In this document: positions 45,673 through 59,232 of the stretch, piece after piece
Position numbering within the stretch: position 1 is the stretch's first letter
How the letters are laid out: the number at the start of each line of letters is the position of its first letter
From: Macrostomum lignano
Lineage: Eukaryota
NCBI GenBank assembly: GCA_002269645.1
Contig: NIVC01002639.1
Coordinates: forward strand, 62,485-126,000
Length of the DNA stretch: 63,516 nucleotides
Direction of reading: 5' to 3'
Translations under genes and position numbers: made by a program
Notes under the pieces: model-generated
Told to the model about the DNA's origin: nothing
Database searches by the model: none
Seen by the model: only the letters and a program-made list of their open reading frames with translations

Positions 45673-48600
45673 CTAGAGTCCTGACGAGCCGTCTCCATCG
45701 GGAAAGCGAACGCCCGATGCTGTTGCGGCCTCGCCAGCATGGGACTGCAGTTTGCTGTGGACTTTCATGTGCCTAGTAATCATGTCTCTCCGACAGGCGG
45801 AGTAGTTGCACACGCTGCAAATGTACGGCTTCTCACCCGTGTGCGTTCGCATGTGAGTGCTCAGGTGGTCCGATCTGAAGCGGTTGGAAATGCGTTTAGG
45901 GTTTGCTTTTCATAGCTGCGCGAGTGGGTGTGACTTGAGTTAGTTCATGGCCGAAAGTGCGATATATCATGACCAAAGGTTGCTTTCTTCGTAACTTAAC
46001 TGCGTATCTCTTCTCCAAATTAGATTAAGAGAGAAGCAGTGTTATGTGCCCTGGATTTTTTGACCAGAGCGCAATATGCAATCAAGGACCACTAGAAGTT
46101 ACCGTTGTATGCAATGAAGCAAAAATGTTAACGGAAGGGGTTTTAACTGAGGAATGTTTCAGAACAGAAGACTGCCTGGGTTTAAAGAGTGGAATGCTAT
46201 CGATGATTTAAGACAGACTGCATGGGTTTAAAGAGTGGAATGCTATCGATGATTTAAGACAGACTGCATGGGTTTAAAGAGTGGAATGCTATCGATGATT
46301 TAAGACACAGACTGCATGGGTTTAAAGAGTGGAATGCTATCGATGATTCCAGACACAGACTGCATGGGTTTAAAGAGTGGAATGCTATCGATGATTTAAG
46401 ACACAGACTGCATGGGTTTAAAGAGTGGAATGCTATCGATGATTCCAGACACAGACTGCATGGGTTTAAAGAGTGGAATGCTATCGATGATTCAAGACAC
46501 AGACTGCATGGGTTTAAAGAGTGGAATGCTATCGATGATTCCAGACACAGACTGCATGGGTTTAAAGAGTGGAATGCTATCGATGATTCCAGACACAGAC
46601 TGCATGGGTTTAAAGAGTGGAATGCTATCGATGATTCCAGACACAGACTGCATGGGTTTAAAGAGTGGAATGCTATCGATGATTCCAGACACAGACTGCA
46701 TGGGTTTAAAGAGTGGAATGCTATCGATGATTCCAGACACAGACTGCATGGGTTTAAAGAGTGGAATGCTATCGATGATTTAAGACACAGACTGCATGGG
46801 TTTAAAGAGTGGAATGCTATCGATGATTCAAGACAGACTGCATGGGTTTAAAGAGTGGAATGCTATCGATGATTTAAGACACAGACTGCATGGGTTTAAA
46901 GAGTGGAATGCTATCGATGATTCCAGACACAGACTGCATGGGTTTAAAGAGTGGAATGCTTTCGATGATTCCAGACACAGACTGCATGGGTTTAAAGAGT
47001 GGAATGCTATCGATGATTCCAGACACAGACTGCATGGGTTTAAAGAGTGGAATGCTATCGATGATTTAAGACACAGACTGCATGGGTTTAAAGAGTGGAA
47101 TGCTATCGATGATTCAAGACAGACTGCATGGGTTTAAAGAGTGGAATGCTATCGATGATTTAAGACACAGACTGCATGGGTTTAAAGAGTGGAATGCTAT
47201 CGATGATTCCAGACACAGACTGCATGGGTTTAAAGAGTGGAATGCTTTCGATGATTCCAGACACAGACTGCATGGGTTTAAAGAGTGGAATGCTATCGAT
47301 GATTCCAGACACAGACTGCATGGGTTTAAAGAGTGGAATGCTATCGATGATTCCAGACACAGACTGCATGGGTTTAAAGAGTGAAATGCTTTCGATGATT
47401 CAAGACACAGACTGCATGGGTTTAAAGAGTGGAATGCTATCGATGATTTAAGACACAGACTGCATGGGTTTAAAGAGTGGAATGCTATCGATGATTCCAG
47501 ACACAGACTGCATGGGTTTAAAGAGTGGAATGCTTTCGATGATTCCAGACACAGACTGCATGGGTTTAAAGAGTGGAATGCTATCGATGATTCCAGACAC
47601 AGACTGCATGGGTTTAAAGAGTGAAATGCTTTCGATGATTCAAGACAGACTGCATGGGTTTAAAGAGTGGAATGTCATCGATGATTCAAGACACAGACTG
47701 CATGGGTTAAAGAGTGGAATGCTTTCGATGATTCCAGACACAGACTGCATGGGTTTAAAGAGTGAAATGCTTTCGATGATTCAAGACAGACTGCATGGGT
47801 TTAAAGAGTGGAATGCTATCGATGATTCAAGACACAGACTGGGTTTAAAGTGTGGAATGTCATCGTCGCCTATCAATGAGAAAGTCAAGTCCTCTGTACA
47901 TCCCGCGTGAGCGTCTAACTACACTTACAAAAATAAATTCCAGCTTACAAGCGTGCATGCCTATAGAAGCAGCAGCAGTAGCATTATGTTATGTCCTGAG
48001 CTGCGGAATGATACACTCTCAAGCAGTCCAGGGTGTCGCATGACTTTTGGCAATGTTTACATAAATCGATGATGCGATGCATACATGTAATTTGGACCTG
48101 GGGACAGGACCTGTGTAACGTGAATCCCTATACGATCCTCGTATATTAATATCTCACTAATTCACAAGACTGCTATGCACACAAAATCTTTATATCTGGC
48201 TATTAGCGATCAATATAAATTTAGCCTTCAACTAAGCTTTGCCAGTGCAAAATAGAATTGGTTGCACTTGCACTGTGCCAGCGACTGTTTATGGCTGGCC
48301 TTCCTATGTATGTATATGCTGAATTTCTCACGGAGTACTATTGAGCTCTGTATACGCAATTGTGTAGCGAAGCCAAACACCAGATTTTACCAACTGATCT
48401 GAGAATTGCATGCTAGATCTGCGGCAGACTGACCGCGTACGCGGCATGTACACCCGTTGCACACTAATAAATTTGCATATCGCTTCTCTTGATTCTTTTA
48501 GTGAGGATTTTATGACGATAGCTGCAGCTGATACAAATTAATAGCAAATTTTCAATGAGGTGTTCGTGTTAGAGTAATAACTTCGGCACTGACTAGCTAA

Positions 48601-51600
48601 CTGTAATCAGCTGGTTTCAGGTCTTGAGCTCAAGTGTCAGATTCAATCGACAAGTGTCAGCTTGAATCCGATAGTGTCAGGCTCTGTGTGTCAATCATAC
48701 AATTGTACCCCATATTACTTTCTGCACTATTGAGTACAGACCTAGGCAGCCTAGCTAGACAAATTTGAAAGAATTGACTCGTTGACACTGCAAGCGCGGA
48801 GCACGGCAAGGTGTCAAATAAGGTTAAAAGCATGTCTTGCTAATGTCTTGATGGTAAGGTGTTTGCTCATCAAATTTACAATGCTCGCTTAGCTTTATTG
48901 CCTTGTGTGTTTTATTTATGCAAATGGCCTTTAATGCCCCAAACCCATTGGCAGAAAGCTCGGAGCTTGACTATTACGAAGTATTAATTATTACTATTAT
49001 TGGGTGGCTAGAGCATTGACGACCCTAAGTCACGATTTTTAACTGGGTAATTGAATAGTCTTTTATCCTCCGGAAATAAGCCGATCAGAAGTAGACATCC
49101 TTTGGAGAATATAGGCTAGAGGTAAGAATAAAATGGATAATCAAGGATAGAAGGTAGAATGAAATGTAGAATCAAGGGTAGAATGAACTGTAGAATCGAG
49201 GGTAGAATGAAATGTAGAATCAATGGTAGAATGAACTGTAGAATCGAGGGTAGAATGAACTGTAAAGTCGAGGGTAGAATGAACTGTAGAATCGAGGGTA
49301 GAATGAACTGTAAAGTCGAGGGTAGAATGAAATGTAGAATCAAGGGTAGAATGAACTGTAGAATCGAGGGTAGAATGAAATGTAGAATCAATGGTAGAAT
49401 GAACTGTAGAATCGAGGGTAGAATGAACTGTAAAGTCGAGGGTAGAATGAACTGTAGAATCGAGGGTAGAATGAACTGTAGAATAGAGGGTAGAATGAAA
49501 TGTAGAATCCAGAGTAGAATGAACTGTAGAATAGAGGGTAGAATCAATTGTAGAATAGAGGGTAGAATCAACTGTAGAATAGAGGGTAGAATCAACTGTA
49601 GAATAGAGGGTAGAATCAACTGTAGAATAGAGGGTAGAATCAACTGTAGAATAGAGGGTAGAATCAACTGTAGAATAGAGGGTAGAATCAACTGTAGAAT
49701 AGAGGATAGAATCAACTGTAGAAAAGAGGGTAGAATCAACTGTAGAATAGAGGGTAGAATCAACTGTAGAATAGAGGGTAGAATCAACTGTAGAATAGAG
49801 GGTAGAATCAACTGTAGAATAGAGGGTAGAATCAACTGTAGAAAAGAGGGTAGAATCAACTGTAGAATAGAGGGTAGAATCAACTGTAGAATAGAGGGTA
49901 GAATCAACTGTAGAATAGAGGGTATTGCGGCATGAGTTGCAGTTGCAGGATTTCTCCATCACTCGAATATGCTCAGCAAGTTTCGAGCTGTCACTGCAAT
50001 GATATGTCGCTACTTCAAGACGAAACCTCAATCCGATCATGCGACGCAGATAAAAGTACATTGGAGAGTAGCGTCGAGGGAGGTACGAGAAAGCGAGAAA
50101 AAGCAAAAAAGCTCATCATTTTGTACTTTTCAAACTAAACGATCCTCAGTTCTCTCCCTGTGGCTCAAAGCAGCCCCTCGGTCGGGGAGGGGGATGAGGG
50201 GGCAGAGTGCCTAGCGAGTGCACTTTCTGATGACGTCAATGTGCCCTGTTGGCGCGAGCAATTTGCGTGAGCAGGAGGCGGCGGAGGTGGGGCGTGGCAA
50301 TGGGAAGATTCGCTGTTGAGAGAGTGAGGCACGGAGGTGCTCCCCGGCTCAAAGCTAGGGAAGAGTGCACCACTCGGCAGTTGGCGCGGAGGTGAGGGAA
50401 GCTTCTAGTCCCCGCTCTGTCCCATAAGCCCCCCTCTGCCCGTGGCTGAACTATCATAGCAACTCTCTCCCCGGCAGGTTCTAAATTTAGATATCTGGCA
50501 ACGCAAACCCCCCCCCGTGGCCTGTCAGAGACAGACAAATTGTATTTTGTAGAAGCAGCAAGCAGAGAGCTGGGGAGACAAAAGTTGTGGAAACAAAAGA
50601 GTTCAGGCCCTGACCGTGACTTGATTGTTGGGGGGGCGGAAAGCATAGGTCGGGTTTAGCCTTGTGTATTAAGCGGTATCTGAGACTCTGAGAGGTCCCA
50701 GTGAACTTTAAAAAGCATTCTGATCCCTGATTTTTGTTTAACAGTAAACGTTGGATTCACTTGCGTTTACTTCTATCGGTGTTAGTAAAACTGCAGGTAG
50801 AATAAGGTCACTGCAATGTCAGATATCAGTGCCAAATAAATTCTTCCATTGTTTCACAACTCAATCGCTCAGTGGCGCACCTGTTGAGCACTCAATGCTT
50901 CCAATTCAGAATTGTAAATTGTTTTTTGCATGACTGATTTCTGAAAGCTCCAGTTCTCAGTCGAACACTTTCTCCCACTCATGTCTCCCCAGTCCCACTC
51001 TCACCCTCAAAATCCTCACCCTCTATCACCCTCTCACCCTCTATTACCCCTCTCACCCTCTATCACCCTTCTCACTCTCTATCACCCTTCTCAAACTCTA
51101 TCACCCTTCTCACCCTCTATCACCCTTCTCACTCTCTATCAGCCTTCTCAAACTCTATCACCCGTCTCACCCTCTATCACCCTTCTCACCCTCTATCACC
51201 CTTCTCACCCTCTATCACCCTTCTCACCCTCTATCACCCTTCTCACCCTCTATCACCCTTCTCACCCTCTATCACCCTTCTCACCCTCTATCAACATTCT
51301 CACCCTCTATTACCCCTCTCACCCTCTATCACCCTTCTCACTCTCTATCAGCCTTCTCAAACTCTATCACCCGTCTCACCCTCTATCACCCTTCTCACCC
51401 TCTATCACCCTTCTCACCCTCTATCACCCTTCTCACCCTCTATCACCCTTCTCACCCTCTATCACCCTTCTCACCCTCTATCACCCGTCTCACCCTCTAT
51501 CACCCTTCTCACCCTCTATTACCCCTCTCACCCTCTATCACCCTTCTCACTCTCTATCACCCCTCTCACCCTCTATCACCCTTCTCACCCTCTATCACCC

Positions 51601-52303
51601 CTCTAACCCTCTATCAGCCATCTCTCTATCACCCATCTCACCCTCTATCACCCCTCTCCCCCTCTATCTCCCTCTCAACCTCCACTATGCCTCTTACCCT
51701 CTATCACCCCTCTTACCCTCTATCACCCCTCTTACCCTCTATCACCCCTCTTACCCTCCATCACCCCTCTCACTCTCTATCAGCCCTATCACCCTCCGTC
51801 ATTTCTCTCACCCTTTACCACCCCTCTCAGCCTCTGCATCTTTCTCCTGATAAAACACAACACTCTATCGTTCTGACCACTGACCTTGAGAATGACTGCG
51901 GGCACAGGTGACACTCGTACGGCCTGGTGTTGCTGTGCAGCCGAACGTGCCTATTGAGCATATCGCTTCGGGTGAAACTGCGCCCGCAGAACTGGCACAG
52001 GTGGCCGCCGCTGCCGGAAGCGGTTGCTGGGGATTTCGACGCAGCAGATGGAGCTCTTGCTGGCTTTTGCTGCCTCCGATGCGGCTGCTGCGGAGGGAAT
52101 ACAAAATGCGGCGACAATTGCTGCTGCTGCTGCTGCTGCTGTTGTTGTTGCTGCAGTTGCTGCTGCTGCTGCAAGAAGGCCGCATTGTTGGGCGTCTGCG
52201 GTGCGCTCTGGCACATTCGAAATTGCTCCGCAAAAAAGTAAAAATTCGACTGCTGCTGCGTGTGATGTTGCTGCTGCCTCTGGAGCTGGTGCATTCTTAG
52301 TGC

Positions 52304-52346
<43 letters not shown>

Positions 52347-53014
52347 CCCTCCATCGTGCCGAGACTGAACGGTGACGGCATCGGAGAGAACGGATCGGAC
52401 TCGAAATCAACCGACGGATGACTCGACGAACTATTCGAGCCTAACCGACGCTGGTCCGGCATCGAAGCGGAGCTCGAGTGTCGGATCTGCGGCGGTACGG
52501 CGAGCAGTCCGGAGCCGCTGCCGGCCGCCGCTTGGGCTGACGGTTCCTCCCGACCTGATAAGTAGCGGTCTCGGAGGAGCTTCTTGAAGCCGCCAGCCTG
52601 ACCGACAGCGTCCGAGGACGGTTGCTGCTGCTGCGGAGGTGCATGCAGCGGCGGTGGTGGCAGCGGAGGTTGAAAGAATGCCTGCTGCGGCTGCGGCGGC
52701 GGTGGCGGCTGCTGCTGCTGTTCAAGCCTTGCTGCTTCAGCCGATGAGCCACTGCTATTTCTACGCTTCATTCGTTTCTGATAGATTTGGGCTTGACTCA
52801 TCTTGTCCAGGAGGCCAGAGAAGTCCCGGTGCGGCTGTTGCTTTTGCTTCGTCATCTCCTGCTCCTGCTGCTTCAGCTGAACCGATTTGCCAGCAGCTGC
52901 CGCCGCCGAGTGATCAAAGTCGAAGTTCAACTGCCGTTTGACTCCGCGGATCAGAGGGGAAATGACGCTGCCGGCCGACTGTGGCGGCTCTGGCGGGGAA
53001 GCCTCGCCAGACAT
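45673..53014 (-). CDS. klu: Klumpfuss-like (EGR/WT1-related) C2H2 zinc-finger transcription factor, 2 coding exons, about 443 aa
   Basis: Exon 53014-51885 (poly-Gln/Pro/Ala N-terminus, then CQFCGRSFTRSDMLNRHVRLH..CHLCPQSFS; donor AG|GTCAGT, phase 2) joins exon 45874-45673 (TTCAG|A; RSDHLSTHMRTHTGEKPYICSVCNYSACRRDMITRHMKVH), which is absent from the ORF track. The RSDML/RSDHLST/ACRRDMITRH helices match klumpfuss as I recall it. Confidence 0.88.
46165..47845. repeat. 48/46-bp satellite in the klu intron, with 286-bp higher-order repeat
   Basis: AGACTGCATGGGTTTAAAGAGTGGAATGCTATCGATGATTCCAGACAC. Confidence 0.97.
49148..49922. repeat. 24-bp (2 x 12) minisatellite in the klu intron
   Basis: GTAGAATCAACTGTAGAATAGAGG. 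Confidence 0.97.
50990..51830. repeat. 19-bp pyrimidine-rich minisatellite next to the klu donor
   Basis: CTCTATCACCCTTCTCACC. Confidence 0.95.
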
Positions 53015-53729
53015 GCTGTTAGCAGTTAATAACAGCTAATTAGCATAATTTATTACGCTTATAGCCAGAAATTTCAACGCCGCAAGATGCGAACAGACAG
53101 GCAGTAGAAGACAGCACAGTCCGGATTAATAATTGGCACTGCATGGAGAGCGCATCTATTTAAAAGTTTTTTTCTCTTCTCTACCCAACCAACACTCCTT
53201 TCTCCATGTCTGTCTCTGTCACCCCCGCTCTGTCCCTCCAGAGCCAACCCGCGAAGCCCCCCCCCAAGGCCCTGGATGTTGGGAACCCCTCCTCACCCAA
53301 GTATTGCCAGAGACCCTTAGGCAGCCACCACCCCAAACCCGCCTACAGCCGTGGGGTGGTGGGTGGCGGGAAGGGGGGTTGGCCCCGGGTGTGCGTGGGG
53401 GTGTTGGGGTAGAAAATCAGGCATGAACTTTAGTCAGACAGGGTGGGCGGAACGGTCCGGTCAGTCCAGTCCAAGCGCTTAATTGCCGCCTATCCGCCCA
53501 CCTATCGCGCGACCCTCGAGAACGAGGTGTCGAATAAAAAATGAGTGTCGGTGAACACTTGATCAACGACAAGGGAAGCTCCGTTGAACATCATCGCCCC
53601 CCCCCCCTCCTTTCGTTAGGACAAGCCTAGCTCTGACGCACTAAAAAGGTGCCAACTTTTGAGAGCGTTTTTTTATTTCTATACAATACAATCGTTTGGA
53701 GGCGTTAAAAAAACTAGTCTCGATGTAGC

Positions 53730-54250
53730 GTCATTAGTGGCGCGCACAATTAGTGTCATTGGTGGCGCGCACAATTAGTGTCATTAGTGGCGCGCACAAT
53801 TAGTGTCATTGGTGGCGCGCACAATTAGTGTCATTGGTGGCGCGCACAATTAGTGTCATTGGTGGCGCGCAAAATTAGTGTCATTGGTGGTGCGCACAAT
53901 TAGTGTCATTGGTGGCGCGCACAATTAGTGTCATTGATGGCGCGCACAATTAGTGTCATTAGTGGCGCGCACAATTAGTGTCATTGGTGGCGCGCACAAT
54001 TAGTGTCATTGGTGGCGCGCACAATTAGTGTCATTGGTGGCGCGCACAATTAGTGTCATTGGTGGCGCGCACAATTAGTGTCATTGGTGGCGCGCACAAT
54101 TAGTGTCATTGGTGGCGCGCACAATTAGTGTCATTGGTGGTGCCACAAGGTAGTGTCATTGGTGGCGCTGCAAAGTAGCGACACAATGGTGGCGCCACAA
54201 CGTAGCGACTCAATGATGGCGCCACAACGTAGCGACAATGGTGGCACCAA
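53730..54250. repeat. 25-bp minisatellite upstream of klu, about 16 near-perfect plus several diverged copies
   Basis: ACAATTAGTGTCATTGGTGGCGCGC. Confidence 0.97.
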
Positions 54251-54764
54251 AAACGGGGAAGCACTACGAATAACAAAAGAATAACTAATAAACATTTTCT
54301 CCAGAGAAAAGCAATCCGAGGCCCAGAGCATCAGGTGACTTGGGAAGGGCTGCGGACAGTGCGGAGAGCAGGTGGAGGCAACGGCCTTTTTAACGTCCTT
54401 ATAGAGAACGGCCTCGCGTCTCAAGTACTAAATTATGCTAGCTCTTTTTCAGCGGAGGTAGGAAATATAATTGCCCTCCACAACCCCATCATCGCGGAGA
54501 TAGGGGGCTTATAATGGAAATAGCAGTATGCCACGCAATCTAACGCTGTACGTTCTCAGCTCACTCTGAGTAGCGAGAGCTGCACTGTAAGAGTCAAGCC
54601 TGTAATATGCTGCTTATTAATTCTTTTTAAAGTAAAGTGGCTTGGCTTATGACTGGCCTGAAAACCAGGATTTAAAAAAATGACTAGGCAAGTGCAAAAC
54701 AAAAACTGCAGTGATCAGAAGACGGATGCGAGGCTGTCGCAGGTATGTAGTCATAATCATATTA

Positions 54765-54990
54765 CGCTCGTAGTTATAGTCATATGTAGTCATAGTCATA
54801 TTATAGTCATATGTAGTCATAGTCATATTATAGTCATATGTAGTCATAGTCATATTATAGTCATATGTAGTCATAGGCATATTATAGTCATATGTAGTCA
54901 TAGTCATATTATAGTCATATGTAGTCATAGTCATATTATAGTCATATTATAGTCATATGTAGTCATAGTCATATTATAGTCATATGTAGT
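54765..54990. repeat. 27-bp TAGTCA-based minisatellite
   Basis: GTAGTCATAGTCATATTATAGTCATAT. Confidence 0.95.
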
Positions 54991-55079
54991 CACCCGTAGA
55001 CACAAAAATATCCAGAAAAAAGCCAGAGAATCAAAAGGTTCAAAATGAATTGAGAGTCAGATTGGTCAGAACAATAGCC

Positions 55080-55495
55080 CGAGAGAGGTCAGGAAGAGTC
55101 GGGAAGAATCGGAGAGGTCACAGAGAGGTCAGGAAAAGTCAGAAAGAGTCAGGGAGGTCAGAGAGAGGTCAGGAAGAGTCAAGAAGAGTCAGAGAGGTCA
55201 CAGAGAGGTCAGGAAGAGTCAGGAAGAGAGTCAGAGAAGTCAGAGAGAGGTCAGGAAGAGTCAGGAAGAGTCAGAGAGGTCAGAGAGAGGTCAGGAAGAG
55301 TCAGGAAGAGAGTCAGAGAAGTCAGAGAGAGGTCAGGAAGAGTCAGGAAGAGAGTCAGAGAAGTCAGAGAGAGGTCAGGAAGAGTCAGGAAGAGAGTCAG
55401 AGAGGTCAGAGAGAGGTCAGGAAAAGTCAGACAGAGTCAGAGAGGTCAGAGAGATGTCATGTAGAGTCAGAGAGGTCAGAGAGAGGTCATGTAGA
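55080..55495. repeat. Purine-rich AGGTCA/AGAGTCA degenerate repeat
   Basis: AGAGGTCAGAGAGAGGTCAGGAAGAGTCAGG variants. Confidence 0.93.
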
Positions 55496-56089
55496 GCATA
55501 AAAGTTGAAAAAGAGATCTAAGGAGCAGGCAGTCTAAGGGAGAACAAAAGCAAAGGGACAGAGCATCAAAAGGTGCTTTGCCAGCTGAAGATGCAGAGCC
55601 AGATGGGGAGCCAGATGAAGAGGTCTAGAACGGAGAAACGGATTTGCAGTAAAACTGTAGCCTTCACATGGAAATCTATACAGCTCAGGAAATGATTATT
55701 TTGCTTCTATTATTAGGGATGGTGCGTCAATAAGAAGCGAACTAGGAGGAGGACTCGTGACGCACATGCCGCATCAGCAGCTGCTAGTGCGACTTCCGCC
55801 TGCTTCTCCTCTCGCACCGCCCAGTCCATTACGAAATTCAAGCTAAGCAAGGGCGAACATCTCGGCGTTTTGCCATCGAATTTCGCTACTCGAGTTACTT
55901 TATTAAACAAAATTTCCAATTTAGATAGTAGGGGGAGTAAGATAAAAACGCTTGGCGCTTAATCCTCACAAATCCTGCGCCCGGGTAGGCTGTGTCCGGT
56001 GACTGCTCAACGCCTACAGCGCTTTCAGCTTGGAAAGAATTATTTTATTCCTTTGCTCTCAGCTTTTCAGTGCAATTTGCAATGCCAGT

Positions 56090-56784
<695 letters not shown>

Positions 56785-57421
56785 TGGCTTGAACCGATCC
56801 AGGCCGCCAGGAGTTCTTGTGCTGACCTCATTGTCAGCAAAAGTACCGCTGGAGCTGCATCCGCCGCTGGCAACCCGGATGCGCCGCCCCCTTCCCCCTG
56901 GTGCAGGCTCGCATGTATGACGCCAAAGTGCGCAGTCGCTTCTGTGAATGCAATCTCAAAAAAGTGGGACTCCGGGCCAACACTTCCTTCCTTCCTTCCC
57001 GGGCACAGAAGGGGCACCTGAGGTCCATTGTCGCTCAAAAAATGATGGATTTAAATGAACTTGGAGGATAATCGAGGCCCTTGCAGTTACAGCTAGGAAA
57101 GGTATTTGAGACCAATCACATTGACAGTCTTCTGCTCAAGAAATTTCCCCTCATTACTAATTTTATTGTCGGGCTGTCAGCAGCTCAATACACCGCGTAC
57201 TTTTGATCGATCTTTCTTCTTACTACTCAACGATCGTTAACTAAAGCTCCGTTCCCACACGATTTTCTATTTTTGACTAACAAATCTATTTACTGCTACT
57301 TTTACTGAGTAGTGCAATTCAGACATGTTCGTAAGATTATCCACTTTGTTTCCGTCAACAGAGATACGAGCGTAGCCTTACTGACAAGCAGGCGACGTTC
57401 CTGTCCAACGGATTTATTAAT

Positions 57422-58068
57422 GTCTTACTGGTGATTCTCCTGTCTTACTGGTGATTCTCCTGTCTTACTGGTGATTCTCCTGTCTTACTGGTGATTCTCC
57501 TGTCTTACTGGTGATTCTCCTGTCTAACTGGTGATTCTCCTGTCTAACTGGTGATTCTCCTGTCTAACTGGTGATTCTCCTGTCTTACTGGTGATTCTCC
57601 TGTCTTACTGGTGATTCTCCTGTCTTACTGGTGATTCTCCTGTCTCACTGGTGATTCTCCTGTCTTACTGGTGATTCTCCTGTCTTACTGGTGATTCTCC
57701 TGTCTTACTGGTGATGTTCCTGTCTTACTGGTGATGTTCCTGTCTTACTGGTGAGGTTCCTGTCTTACTGGTGATGTTCCTGTCTTACTGGTGATGTTCC
57801 TGTCTTACTGGTGATGTTCCTGTCTTACTGGTGATTCTCCTGTCTCACTGGTGATTCTCCTGTCTTACTGGTGATGTTCCTGTCTTACTGGTGATTCTCC
57901 TGTCTTACTGGTGATGTTCCTGTCTTACTGGTGAGGTTCCTGTCTTACTGGTGAGGTTCCTGTCTTACTGGTGATGTTCCTGTCTTACTGGTGAGGTTCC
58001 TGTCTTACTGGTGAGGTTCCTGTCTTACTGGTGATGTTCCTGTCTTACTGGTGATTCTCCTGTCTCCT
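57422..58068. repeat. 20-bp minisatellite
   Basis: TCTTACTGGTGATTCTCCTG and the GATGTTCCTG variant. Confidence 0.97.
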
Positions 58069-58074
58069 GTCTTT

Positions 58075-58320
58075 GGAGGGATATCAGGGCGGTTACTATG
58101 GCATCGTTACCTCTAGGGAAAAATCCGCATTGAGGAATTCCAACTTTGCCTCTCCGGTGTCGAGAATGCGGAGCACTTTATCTGTGAATGCCCCGCCTTT
58201 ACTCAGGAGAGGCTCACCTACCTCGGCCCAAACCCGGACCTCTCCGACGTTTTTAAGCTCGAGAATGTCTGGCAGCTCCTCCGCTACCTGAGGGCTGCCG
58301 GGCGAGCGACCTTCCACCTC
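58075..58320 (+). mobile_element. LINE ORF2 3-prime fragment with CCHC zinc knuckle remnant (I/R1/Nimb-like)
   Basis: Frame reading CLSGVENAEHFICECPAFTQERLTYLG..LLRYLRAAGR, typical of a non-LTR ORF2 C-terminus; upstream part disrupted. Confidence 0.6.
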
Positions 58321-59232
58321 CTGGACTCTCCGGAGGGGGACCGCGCTGCGGACACCGGCACCACCGGATCTCTGCGCGACACCGCAACACCAGCTGCCCG
58401 TGGTCGCCAGTGGTCAGTGGAATGGACGTCAACTCCTTCCCCCGCTGTACCCCAGAGCAAGTTAAGTAAACCCTTAGCTAAGTAAAATCTTAAGAGCGGG
58501 CAAATTCTGAATGAAAAATCAGCTAGAAGCGATAGAATTTGTAATCTGAAACTAAATTTCAAATGCGAGCCATGTCTACCAACAGATATTTCATATTTTG
58601 TGAGACTAGTTACTGACTCTCGCATTATTAGCTAGTGAGTCACAGTGACAGACCAAGCGGCCAGCAACCCAACATTCGTTGCCAAAATTTGAGGACTCGT
58701 TGAACTCAAAGCTGGCTGAATCTCTAGCAAGGGCTCCTCAGGTGGTGGTTGAGTCTTGCTGAGCAAATTTTACCGAATCGGCGACTTTCCTTTGTGTCTT
58801 TGAAGTTGCAACCTTCCCGCCCTCGGAGCACCATCTGCAGCTTTTGCTGGCTCAAAGCACCCCTCCCCCCAAATCAATTTGGAGCCAAAAATATCAAAGT
58901 CTCCGATGCGTGGCTTCCTGAGATTTTCGAAATTTCTGGTAGCACCTGGGCCACGATAATTTCTCTGCGCGCAGAATGTGGCTGCAGCTGTTCGACTCGT
59001 TTCTGCGTTGGCGGTGCTCCTAAAGGCGGGGCTGCCGAAATGCTGTAGCAGCACTCAGCCAACACAGCGCCTAAACAGCTAGAACTCCTTGTTATCGTAG
59101 GCGCTGTCAAATGCAGGTTGCTCCATGCTTCAAGGATTTTATGATCCTAGAAAGGAAACCGCAGACGGACATTCTTACGCAACCTGCAAGCTGCCAGACG
59201 GATTCAAAGTGGATGCAGCGTTTCAATCTGAT

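Noticed and set aside
49116-50106. ORFs of 258-321 aa on both strands (ILPSILQL, YSTVDSTL, CRIEGRIN)
   Set aside because: 24-bp satellite lacking stops, inside the klu intron.
58460-59230. Overlapping 78-113 aa ORFs, and the 74-aa ORF at 61630-61854
   Set aside because: No motifs, no consistent splice sites; cannot be supported as genes.
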